A stretch of 64,000 bases of DNA, taken from NCBI GenBank assembly GCA_002245135.1, contig NGBS01000009.1, positions 62,001 to 126,000 on the forward strand, in the 5' to 3' direction. Below are positions 53,762 through 64,000 of the stretch, piece after piece (positions within the stretch are counted from its first letter, which is position 1; each line of letters opens with the position of its first letter). The stretch comes from Proteromonas lacertae (taxonomy: Eukaryota). Under the pieces are notes generated by a model, which saw only the letters and a program-made list of their open reading frames with translations, searched no databases and was not told the DNA's origin. The position numbers were made by a program, and so were the translations under genes.

Positions 53762-55695
53762 ATGAATTGTATGATTTATTTCATTATATATTATAGTAAG
53801 AGAAGAGGATATAGTTGGATTATATAAGCATTTGGAAAAGGAATCTGAAGAACAAAATGAAGTATTTCAATTATTCTATTCTATGAATAGTTGATATTAA
53901 TAAGAAATAGAACTGCAATAAACAATATTTTCAATCATACTCATACATTTATATCTGATAAAAGTTTTCAATGTGTATTCTACACTACACTTATTGATTA
54001 ATAGGCAGATTATGGAATTACAATTCCAAAAAGAGAAAATGTTATTCATCTAGCAGAACTTCCACTAGTTCCAAAAATGTTTAAGTATAAATAGCTCTAT
54101 TTTTATAATAATGTTTAGATATCACCTATGTAGCAGAGTTGTGCATGGTAAAGAACGTCCAGAGTTAGATTATTTACCATATATTGACGATGATCACAGA
54201 ACTGTCAATTTCGAACAATATGATTCAATTAAATGTGGAAAAGAGAAATTAGCATTATCAGAACCAGAAAAATTAATGTTAGACGTAATATCGGCATCCG
54301 ATTGCTCAAAATATTACAAACTAATAAAAGATAATATACTCAATACACTCTCTGATCATTTATCTAGGAGTAATCCAAGGCTGAAGTATGAACAATTAGA
54401 AGAAGAATATAATCATTTAGTTGAAGGAAGAGAATTATACACTTTTAGACATTTTTACAGTGGAAATCCAAATTGTACTTGTAGTTTATGTACATATTGT
54501 TCAACACCAAGGTCTGTAAGAGAAATGAAAGAATTAATGGATGTATGATATATATATATATATATATATATAATTATAAAATAGATGATTCCTGTTATTC
54601 CAAAAATCAATAATTCCACCAATTCTATTGTTGACATTACTACTCATTTATCATCATATCGCAAATATTTCTGTAGACAATGTTATTGTTATAATTGTGA
54701 ATTACATGATACAAATCAACCATTACCTGCTAATCATGGTAATAAATATAGAACAATCGAAACTAATAATAATGGTACTGAAGAAGATGATGATAATGAA
54801 AATGATAAAATTCCATTAAAACTAACCAATTGTACACCTAAAGAAGCAGTAATATTCACAGAATTATATAAATTATTATCTCTCAAAGAAATGAATATAT
54901 TAAAAACCGATACTTCAACAAGAACAACAACCACTACGAAATTAAGTTTAGAAACTTTCGTACCATGTAATCATTCAGGTCCTTGTACTTCGCAGAATGA
55001 TTGTATATGTAATCATCAAAAACATCAATGTGAAAAGTTCTGTGGTTGTTCTTTAGATTGTCCTAGAAGGTTTAAAGGCTGTAATTGTAAAGCAGATGCT
55101 GAATGTAATTCAATGAAATGTACTTGTTATGCTTCTTCTAGAGAATGTGATCCTGATGTTTGTAACTGTTATCATACTAATGAGAATGGATCTTTAGGCT
55201 TAACCTGTGATAATATGAACTCACAAAAAGGATTTCAAAAGAAATTGTTGGTTAAACCTTCACATATTCATGGTTGGGGTTTATACTTAGGTGAAGATTG
55301 TGAGAAAGATGAATATATTGCTGAATATAGAGGAGAATTTATATCACAAGAAGAAGCTGAAAGACGTGGTTATATCTATGATAGAAAAGGAATTAATTAT
55401 TTGTTTAATGCAAATAGAGAGTCTGTTTTAGATGCAACTAAAGTGGGTAATAAATTGAGATTTGCTAATCATTCGAATAATCCTAATTGTTATGCTAGAA
55501 CTAGATATATTAAAGGCAATCATAGAATATGTGTTTATGCGAAAAGAGCATTGAAAATTGTATATATATATATATAATATTGTTTTGATATAGAATGATG
55601 AATTAACATTTGATTATGGTTATAATGAAGAACATGTACAGCCACAATGGTTTTCCACTTCTAAAAAGAGGAAGAGAAAGAATGATGATGAATAA
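53762..55695 (+). CDS. Enhancer of zeste-like H3K27 methyltransferase (CXC + SET)
   Basis: FCRQCYCYNCELH, CXC (CEKFCGC...RECDPDVC), SET (HGWGL, EYRGEFISQEEAERRG, RFANHS, ELTFDY). Confidence 0.9.
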
Positions 55696-55767
55696 TTAAT
55701 ACCCTAATAACAAATCAAAATATTTCAAAAATTAATTATGTAATTAAAAATAATAATAATATAAAAA

Positions 55768-58700
55768 TTAATGAAGACTATCATATTCTTCTATTTTCTT
55801 ATTTGCAACTTCCAACCATTTTCTAGCTTTTGGAATCCAATCTTTACCTAAATTACTCAAAGCCTTTGAACTATTTCTTCTAATATCCACCATCTTCTTA
55901 TGGACATTCTCTCCTTTAATTTCGATTGCTTTTTCTTTTCTTGTCTTTCTTTTCTGTAATTCATCTCTTTTACCTAATGCAAATTTATCATATTCTTCTC
56001 CATGCTTTACTTTATAACTACTAACATCACTTTCTATCTCTTCTAAGAATTGTTCTAATTCTTTCTTACTGATCTTCTGTTGACTATATTCAATTTGTTT
56101 CTGTCTTTTCAATTCATTCATTTCTTCAACATATCTACTTATATCAGATTCACATTTATCCAATTCATCTAATAATATCTTTTCTATTTGTTCATTATCT
56201 TCAACCATCAATCTCTTTTGATTCTCTTCAAACACTGCCAATTCTTTATCACATCCATTTATCAAATTCTCTTCTTCTTCTTCAATCTCAGTTCTTTCTT
56301 CCATTATATCTAATATCTTTCTATGTAATTTCATTCCTTCCATTCTTAAATCTCTACCATAGAATTTATTATGAGCTTCAGTAATTCTTGTCAAACATAT
56401 GTTAATATCTTCACATAAACTTCTCTGACAATCTTTGATTTCTTCTCTTCTATTCATTCTCGCACTTGTTATCCATTTAATAGCCATTGCCTTACTTGCA
56501 CTACTTAAATACAATCTGTCATGTGGAATTGATAACTCACCTGATCTTTCTCTTAATTTAATATTGTAAGCTCTTCTTGCACGTTTTTCTTTACGTTTTT
56601 CATCTCTTCTCTTTGAATCTTCAATGCATTTCTGTTTATAATCTTCACTTTCTTGAATAGCTTCATCACTTGGTTTTTCTATTTGATATTTAGTTCTCAT
56701 TATTGTTAACCATTTCTTTAATAATAAATAATCAGTTGTTCCTTCCTTGATTTCTATTGGATCATAGACATTTTCAAATTCATCTTCATCACTTTCTTCA
56801 TCACTATACTCTTCATTATGAATTCCTCTTTCTAACTGAGCTTCATTTCTACAATATTTACATCTTGTTACATAATTAGCATTCTTTCTGAAGAAGAATT
56901 GCCAATCAAATTGTGAGATTATATCATCTGCACTTCTTGTTTCTCTCTCATATTTATTAATCAAATCCTCTAATCCATGAGTCAATATTCTTCCTTCAGC
57001 ATCACATAAATCAACTATCAATTCATCACTATTAAACTTTCTATTACAAACACTACATATTTCTTCTTTATTATTCTCCACAATTTCATCAACATAACTC
57101 TTATAGATTCTTCTTCTTCTCACTTTTTCTAACCAAAATTTAGCTATATCTCTTGTCTTTGGTGTTATATTCTTTCTTTCCCACATTCCTGTTCTGAACT
57201 TTTCTTCTGCTTCATCATCATCACTTACTTCATTTTCTTCACCTAATTTCTCTTTTCTTACCCGTAACTTATTATAAATTGATTTTATATATTCTCTTGT
57301 ACTCTTATCATCATATAATGGTGCTTCTAATGTTCGTGGTGTTAATAATTTATATAAATGATCCAATATCCATGTCTTATTGCTGGTTAAGAATCTTAAT
57401 CTAAATCTGTCTGAATTTAAGGCATTTAGTTCTAATCTTTCTTTCTCTACATCTAATGATCTTCTTATTCCTAAAGTTGCTTTTTCACCAGCATCATCAT
57501 CAACATATCCATCATACTCTTTTCTACTCCATATTCTTAACAATTGACATAACACAATTAAGAAGTATTTTGATATTGTCACAAATAAAAACATGAAGAA
57601 TAATAATGGGAAGAACATTGGATCTGAGAGTGGACTGAAATACACATTAGTACAGATGAAATAACCAACAATTATTGAGAATATTCCACTAACATACAAT
57701 GTATTGATGAAGTAATATTGAGATGAAAAACACAATTTATCAATAATTCTCAAACTTTCTGTCAAACTATCATCCAATTTTGTAATATACATTGACCATT
57801 GACATTCTCTCATTCTGAATCTTTGATTATCAAATCTTAAGAAATCAGTCATTCTATAACCATACAACAATTCCATTGCACTTAATAAGAATATCTCCAT
57901 AATAAACACTGCTACTAATAATATGAAGAAATAGATAACGTAATAATAAACCCAACTTAACTTAATATCAAATTCACTGTAAATTGGAATCTGTAAATGG
58001 AATACTCTTATTAATAATAAAGCGAATGGAATTAAGTAATAAACATGTAAATCAACAGTAAACATAGCGAAATTCTCTATTATTGGTTCTACACTTTCTT
58101 TATCTAATTCAACTAATCTTTTTAATCTTCTCCATTCTGCTTCTTCTTCAATTCTTTCCCTTTGAGACATTTTGTGATGATTTTTACACTTTCTTCTTAT
58201 TGCAAATACCCATTTAGGCCATCTTTTAACACAGAATAATATTAATGGAGTTATATACATTCTATTGATTATTGTACATCCCATTATGATGAAGTAACAG
58301 AAAATAAAATCTAATAAATCATAGGCTGATAAAGCTACAAACATTGGAACAAATGTAACCATAATATCTAATGGAATTGCTAATATAAAATCTCTCAAAT
58401 AAATCTTATAAAATGTAGTGATTATTAACTGACATATTTTCATAATACCAATGAATAAGTAAACTCTTTCTTTAAACCAATGTGAAAATGAGAATTCTAT
58501 TGCAGTAATACAATATATTAAACATAACATCGTATAGAAGAAGAAGTAACTTCTCTTCCACCAATGAGGTCTCCAGTACTTTGAATATTCTCTTTTCTTA
58601 TCTTCATCACTATCATAAAATGTATTATCAATATTTGGCATAAATATATATTCTTCTTTCTTCTTATCATCAAATGATTCAGTTGGTATAAACACCTTCA

Positions 58701-61700
58701 ATCCTTGGAATATAATATAAACACCAATTATTAAGAAACAAGTTCCCATTCTTCCATTTTTCACTGCAGCTATTGTTTCTTCAGACATTACTGATGTATC
58801 ACTCCAATCTCCTTGTTTATCTTCAAAACTAATTGGATTTGGCTCTTCTACTGGATGATCGGAGGAGAATACTTGGAACCATATCCATATCATACCACAA
58901 CCCCATAATAATGGAGTTAAACCAGTGATTATACCGATTAATGAGTTAGGTAAAACTGCTGCGAATAATTTACAACAATTACAACATGGAGGATTTCTTA
59001 ATAACGTAATGATTCTATGGAATAACCAGAATATAAATCCTATTACAATTAAACCTAAAAATATCATTCCTACGAAGAATAAATAGATTGGCCAATTGAA
59101 TTCGAATAAATTGAATAACTCATACCAATTCAATGGGTAATATTGTATATCTAATGTATAATTTGTACTATTACACTTCAACACTGGTGGATCATAATTA
59201 CTGAATCTTTCTTCTTCTTCTGGTTTATGTGTGATTGTACAGAAATCATAAAATTCAACAAATGAATCTAACAAGTATTTCTCATTCTTTTCATCTTGTT
59301 TATAAGCAATAAACAATTTAATATTTCGTGGAACCATTGTATCTTCTGAAGCATGTTCTGACACTTTAACTGGTATTAAATCATCAGTATCTAATAAGTT
59401 ATGAACAGCGCTTGTTCTACCCCATTCACTACCATCTTCTTTACCATAATAATCTCTTGAATTCATTGGATACTTGGTTAAATAGAATAATATTGATTCT
59501 TCTTCTAATTCAAACCATCTCTTTAAGTATCTAACTCTAAATATTTCTTCTTCATAATTACATTTCAAATGAATTCCATCACATTTATCAGCATGTGGAT
59601 CTTCTTTTGTTTCATCTTTCTTTGGGAATTGCTTTATAACAGTTGTATTATCATAATCTACTATATTACAATCAGGATTATCTTCAGTCATTTTACCAAT
59701 GAATATATTATTATCATATTCCTCACATTGAGAGAAATAAGGTAAATAAGGGAATGCTATATATCTTCTTTTTACGAAATAATCCCAAAATGTTGAATAA
59801 TATTCCAAATCTTCAGCATAATCACCTCTTGAATAAATTGATTGTGAATTATCACTATTATTGAATGGTAATATTGTTCTATTGTATTTCTCTAATTCTC
59901 TTTCTCTATAACCTGGATCACCAACGTCATAATTAACTATATGATTAATTAAGGCTGTTCTTTCTAACACTTTGAAACTATCTCCTGCTTTTCCATATTT
60001 GTAAATGTTTACTGGTAAGTTGTAAGGTAAACCATAATGTGGTTGAATTAATTCTCTATTTATCACAGCTAAGAATTGTGTTGCTTTTTCTGTAACATTC
60101 ATTATATCTTCATCTGGATCATAATTACTTCTGTGTGGGTAAAATATTGATAAATCTGATGTATTATGTAACTTTGCAAATGCTAAGTAATAACCACCAT
60201 GAATTAATTCCATTGTAAAAATAACTTTGATTCTGGTTTGGGCTTGAATATTGACTTGAACCATTGTATGTTTATCATCAAAATAAGGTTCAATTGCTAC
60301 ATTCTGTGAGAAGTACGAAGGCAATGGATGTGGAATACATTTACAACATTCTGAACATAGGAAACCTGATTCTGTTTGTGTTTTATTATTCGGCCAATCA
60401 CAGGATGGATGTTCATATGAATTTTGATAATTACATTCATACATTGGCGGACATGGTGTACAATTCATATACACTCCAATTCTATAATGTTGACCATATG
60501 TAAAATTCTGTTGTAACATTGATAAATTCATTGTTAATGTTGCTATACCATAACCATCTAATTCAAAGAAAGGTAATCCACTTTCTTGTCCACTGAATAT
60601 CTTTAAATGCTCATCATTTGGTTGTAAGTATTCATTATCTTCATACACTGGAACTAATCTTTTTACTACTGTAACTTTATCTTTTGGAACAAAACAGTCT
60701 TGATAATTTGTTGCAAAACCATTGGTTGTTGTTCCATTTGGACATTTCAAGGATCTTTCACATTTACATATATCTAATCGATATGGTACATACTTTGTAT
60801 TATCAGTTTCAGTACTACTTTCATCAATATCTTCAATAAATTTGACATAATTTGGTAAATCTTCATCTAAATTGTCTATTAAATCTAATGCCCAGTAATA
60901 ATCATATATGTTTAAATCATATTCTATCCTATCACTTTCTATTTCTGCTTCATTACATTCTTCAAAGTAATCTAATCTTGTTGTATCTCTACAATATTTC
61001 TCTCTTCTTTCATGTTCATATTCTTTCTTTACAGCTTTACTAAATTCATGGAAATTTGGGAAATGTATCTTTTGTTTGTATGTAAATTGTAATGTAGTTC
61101 CATTAGTATAATCTTTTCTTTCTTCTAATCCATAAGTAACATTTGGTTCAAATACACATTGCTGTTTACTTCGTGGTCTTTCAGTACATTTCCATAACCT
61201 ATAAACATCTAATATTCTATCAATCTGAGCATTGCAATCACAATCTCCTCTTAATATTACATTATAAATATGTCTCCAATAACTATCTCTACCACATGTT
61301 AATTCAGCTAATTTCTGTACACTCACTTTACCTACAGAACCATCTTGTAATTGATAGCTTTGATATATATTAGACAATGAATCATTCAATGCAGCAATAC
61401 ATCTTTCATCATGATATACCAAATCACCTACCTCTTTCATTATTCTTTTACTTTCAAATGTTTCATTCATCCATACTAAAGCATTGAATGGATCAGCTTC
61501 ATCTCTTGTTAAATGTCTTCTTAAAGAATCCATTGCCATTGTTCCTTCATATGGATCACCTGTTCCTGTAGGACAATAATAACCAATTGGACATGGGAAA
61601 TCATATTTCAAATCTTCTGCAGTTGCTGCTGGACAGTAATAACCTACTGGACATATTGATTTATATTGACTGAATGGGTTTAATAAGTTATAATCTGGTG

Positions 61701-64000
61701 TTGTACCATCATCACATGCATAACCTGGTTTACATGATACTGCTACTTGATTATCAGATCCTGTACTTTCATAACAAACATAACCTTTGGGACATAATAC
61801 TGAATGTGTTATTGTATCAAAATTACAAATATAATCAGCTTCACAATCACCTGGTATATATTCTGTGGATGTATCATTCATGAAATAACCATGTTGGCAT
61901 TCAGTGTAAAATGAATAATCTCTAAATGTTGGTAAATCTATAAATAAAGAACCTCTACCAAAGAAACCATAATATTTATCTATTGTGCCATGACCTTGAT
62001 GTGTTTTACCTGTTAATTTATAAGATGAACCATAATATTGTCTATATAATTGATACAAAGGAGAACCATCAGCTTGTGGATTGTAATAACATTTTCCTAT
62101 TGGTAATCCTTCTTCATCATAATCTACTGATCTTATATTTGGTTTACCTGTAGTATCATTCACTGAAAGTAAACCCCATTTGTATAACTTTCCAGCTTGT
62201 TCACAATCATATTTATTAGTAATTGCTGGATATTCTGACCATGCTGTTGGTAAATCTTTCTTACTACAAGGATCAACAATTCCTTCTACTGGACAAACAA
62301 TACCTGGAGGACATCTATTACATTCACTCTTATCTCTCAATTCATAATTCTTACCCCAAGTACCTTGTGGACAACCAATACAAACTACACGATTCAATTT
62401 ACCATCAGTGAACTTATAATCATTATTACGATAAGTTCCTGGCTTACACACATTTGATTTAGACATTCCATCATTCTCACATTCTGTACCTGGTGGACAT
62501 CTGTAACATTCTACTGTCTGTATTGTTGGAGCATAAAAACCAGGAGCACAAACTGCACTTTCATATAAACCTGGTAAACTTGAATAATGACCTTTTGGAG
62601 TTGGAATTGGAACTGCTGTACCTTCTGGACAATAGAAACCAACTGGACATAATCCCATACCTTTAGCTGTTGTACTACCTAATTCACAGTAAAAACCTTC
62701 ATGACATGGTTGTGCATATAAGAAATCACCTTTCTTAATTTCATCATAACCAACTCCTCCTGTACAATATGATCCTGGTCTACAAGGATAAGGTCTTAAT
62801 GTTGTATCATTTCTAAATGGATCTGATGTTAATGTACCATTTGGACAATAATAGCCTGCTGGACATCTTAGATTTGGCGCTTCTAATCTTGGTTTACTAC
62901 ACACCATACCTGGTGCACAAATGGCTGGAATTAATCTACCCATTCCTGGACAATAATAACCTTCTGGACAATCATTACAAAGTGTTTGTTGATTCTGACC
63001 ATTGTAAGTACCTGGAGGACATAATTCTGGTTCTATTAAACCTCTTTTTGGACATTGTGTACCTACTGGACATGGAATTCTTTCACCAAATGGACAGTAA
63101 AAACCTTCTGGACATAGATTATCTCCAAATTCACTTGGTCTTCCCATACCTTCAGGACAATACATTGATTCTTGACATGGTTGTGGTGTTGTGAAGTTTA
63201 ATAATACTACATCATAGAATGCAGTACCTGGATAACAATAAGTACCAGCTGGACATGGAACAGGTCTTCTTAATGAGAAATCATATGATGAATAATCAAA
63301 TACATAATCTGAAACTAATAAATCATTTTCATCTGGTAATCTATAACATGAATCATCTAAACAATATCTTCCTCTTATTGGTATAAAATCAGTATCTGGA
63401 TCTAATGGTAAATAGTGTAATTCTTGCCAATATCTCTGTGGCATATCTGAATAAATAAAACCTATATCAAATGATGAATTATCCCAACACATATGATTTC
63501 TTGATCCTAATACCATATCTCTTGGTTTTGAATCTTTATTTGGATGAACTGTACTTCTTCTTTCTACATGACTGAATGATGGACTAAACTGAGTTGAATA
63601 TACTGGTGAACCACAAGTTGTTGCTGTTGTTGCTGTACCTTCTAAACAATAATGACCTTCTGGACATGGTTGATCTGCTACAGCTACACCTGTTACTTCA
63701 CACACATAACCTGCTGGACAAATACGTGGAACTGGTAAACCATATTCTGGACAATGATATCCTATTGGACATCTTAAACAATCAGCTTGACCATAAAGTG
63801 GTTGATAAGTACCTGGTGGACATAATGTGAAATTTGTATTACCTAAACCATTACAATAAGTACCTCTTGGACAGATTAATATTTCACTCAATTCATTATT
63901 TGGACAATAATAACCTTCTGGACATAATCTCTTAAATTCTAATGTATTTCGGTTAGTTGTATAATCCAAACCATTATTGGATATTTCTACATAAACATTA
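55768..64000 (-). CDS. Giant GCC2/GCC3 (ephrin-receptor-like) cysteine-repeat multi-pass membrane protein, 5'-partial
   Basis: ORF of more than 2733 aa with many CPxGxYC repeats, multiple TM helices and a coiled-coil tail. The frame stays open to the window edge (VYVEISNNGLDY, IPT/TIG-like). Confidence 0.85.
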   Translation of the reverse strand, partial: NVYVEISNNGLDYTTNRNTLEFKRLCPEGYYCPNNELSEILICPRGTYCNGLGNTNFTLCPPGTYQPLYGQADCLRCPIGYHCPEYGLPVPRICPAGYVCEVTGVAVADQPCPEGHYCLEGTATTATTCGSPVYSTQFSPSFSHVERRSTVHPNKDSKPRDMVLGSRNHMCWDNSSFDIGFIYSDMPQRYWQELHYLPLDPDTDFIPIRGRYCLDDSCYRLPDENDLLVSDYVFDYSSYDFSLRRPVPCPAGTYCYPGTAFYDVVLLNFTTPQPCQESMYCPEGMGRPSEFGDNLCPEGFYCPFGERIPCPVGTQCPKRGLIEPELCPPGTYNGQNQQTLCNDCPEGYYCPGMGRLIPAICAPGMVCSKPRLEAPNLRCPAGYYCPNGTLTSDPFRNDTTLRPYPCRPGSYCTGGVGYDEIKKGDFLYAQPCHEGFYCELGSTTAKGMGLCPVGFYCPEGTAVPIPTPKGHYSSLPGLYESAVCAPGFYAPTIQTVECYRCPPGTECENDGMSKSNVCKPGTYRNNDYKFTDGKLNRVVCIGCPQGTWGKNYELRDKSECNRCPPGIVCPVEGIVDPCSKKDLPTAWSEYPAITNKYDCEQAGKLYKWGLLSVNDTTGKPNIRSVDYDEEGLPIGKCYYNPQADGSPLYQLYRQYYGSSYKLTGKTHQGHGTIDKYYGFFGRGSLFIDLPTFRDYSFYTECQHGYFMNDTSTEYIPGDCEADYICNFDTITHSVLCPKGYVCYESTGSDNQVAVSCKPGYACDDGTTPDYNLLNPFSQYKSICPVGYYCPAATAEDLKYDFPCPIGYYCPTGTGDPYEGTMAMDSLRRHLTRDEADPFNALVWMNETFESKRIMKEVGDLVYHDERCIAALNDSLSNIYQSYQLQDGSVGKVSVQKLAELTCGRDSYWRHIYNVILRGDCDCNAQIDRILDVYRLWKCTERPRSKQQCVFEPNVTYGLEERKDYTNGTTLQFTYKQKIHFPNFHEFSKAVKKEYEHERREKYCRDTTRLDYFEECNEAEIESDRIEYDLNIYDYYWALDLIDNLDEDLPNYVKFIEDIDESSTETDNTKYVPYRLDICKCERSLKCPNGTTTNGFATNYQDCFVPKDKVTVVKRLVPVYEDNEYLQPNDEHLKIFSGQESGLPFFELDGYGIATLTMNLSMLQQNFTYGQHYRIGVYMNCTPCPPMYECNYQNSYEHPSCDWPNNKTQTESGFLCSECCKCIPHPLPSYFSQNVAIEPYFDDKHTMVQVNIQAQTRIKVIFTMELIHGGYYLAFAKLHNTSDLSIFYPHRSNYDPDEDIMNVTEKATQFLAVINRELIQPHYGLPYNLPVNIYKYGKAGDSFKVLERTALINHIVNYDVGDPGYRERELEKYNRTILPFNNSDNSQSIYSRGDYAEDLEYYSTFWDYFVKRRYIAFPYLPYFSQCEEYDNNIFIGKMTEDNPDCNIVDYDNTTVIKQFPKKDETKEDPHADKCDGIHLKCNYEEEIFRVRYLKRWFELEEESILFYLTKYPMNSRDYYGKEDGSEWGRTSAVHNLLDTDDLIPVKVSEHASEDTMVPRNIKLFIAYKQDEKNEKYLLDSFVEFYDFCTITHKPEEEERFSNYDPPVLKCNSTNYTLDIQYYPLNWYELFNLFEFNWPIYLFFVGMIFLGLIVIGFIFWLFHRIITLLRNPPCCNCCKLFAAVLPNSLIGIITGLTPLLWGCGMIWIWFQVFSSDHPVEEPNPISFEDKQGDWSDTSVMSEETIAAVKNGRMGTCFLIIGVYIIFQGLKVFIPTESFDDKKKEEYIFMPNIDNTFYDSDEDKKREYSKYWRPHWWKRSYFFFYTMLCLIYCITAIEFSFSHWFKERVYLFIGIMKICQLIITTFYKIYLRDFILAIPLDIMVTFVPMFVALSAYDLLDFIFCYFIIMGCTIINRMYITPLILFCVKRWPKWVFAIRRKCKNHHKMSQRERIEEEAEWRRLKRLVELDKESVEPIIENFAMFTVDLHVYYLIPFALLLIRVFHLQIPIYSEFDIKLSWVYYYVIYFFILLVAVFIMEIFLLSAMELLYGYRMTDFLRFDNQRFRMRECQWSMYITKLDDSLTESLRIIDKLCFSSQYYFINTLYVSGIFSIIVGYFICTNVYFSPLSDPMFFPLLFFMFLFVTISKYFLIVLCQLLRIWSRKEYDGYVDDDAGEKATLGIRRSLDVEKERLELNALNSDRFRLRFLTSNKTWILDHLYKLLTPRTLEAPLYDDKSTREYIKSIYNKLRVRKEKLGEENEVSDDDEAEEKFRTGMWERKNITPKTRDIAKFWLEKVRRRRIYKSYVDEIVENNKEEICSVCNRKFNSDELIVDLCDAEGRILTHGLEDLINKYERETRSADDIISQFDWQFFFRKNANYVTRCKYCRNEAQLERGIHNEEYSDEESDEDEFENVYDPIEIKEGTTDYLLLKKWLTIMRTKYQIEKPSDEAIQESEDYKQKCIEDSKRRDEKRKEKRARRAYNIKLRERSGELSIPHDRLYLSSASKAMAIKWITSARMNRREEIKDCQRSLCEDINICLTRITEAHNKFYGRDLRMEGMKLHRKILDIMEERTEIEEEEENLINGCDKELAVFEENQKRLMVEDNEQIEKILLDELDKCESDISRYVEEMNELKRQKQIEYSQQKISKKELEQFLEEIESDVSSYKVKHGEEYDKFALGKRDELQKRKTRKEKAIEIKGENVHKKMVDIRRNSSKALSNLGKDWIPKARKWLEVANKKIEEYDSLH

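Noticed and set aside
1..64000. Blastocystis-type stop codons created by polyadenylation
   Set aside because: Every complete gene I reconstructed has a genomic stop codon. TGTTTGT-like tracts occur downstream of some genes (e.g. ~22153, and ~17775 on the minus strand) but are not needed to explain any gene end.

Overview
This is an AT-rich, gene-dense eukaryotic (protist) nuclear window of about 30 genes. It uses the standard code and has very short GTAT...TAG introns, mostly 24-41 nt. The intron size, minor-type introns, expanded Ig-like surface proteins and nitroreductase fit a Blastocystis/Proteromonas-like (Opalinata) stramenopile that retains ciliary genes; this assignment is inference only. 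Gene models were rebuilt by hand-splicing, because the ORF track is fragmented by introns. Headline finding: the apparently non-coding stretch 25911-26941 (minus strand) is a gene whose zinc-ribbon domain is encoded by 19 consecutive micro-exons. Fourteen are only 3 nt long, all are multiples of 3, and they are separated by 20 phase-2 introns; splicing gives CPKC-x25-CKKC with no stop. Other findings: two U12-type introns with AT-AA ends; about 25 single-base +1 frame disruptions, one at an ATA-TGA in ABCE1, which may be assembly error or recoding; a strand-oriented GCTTGA promoter motif; and several probable pseudo-enzymes.
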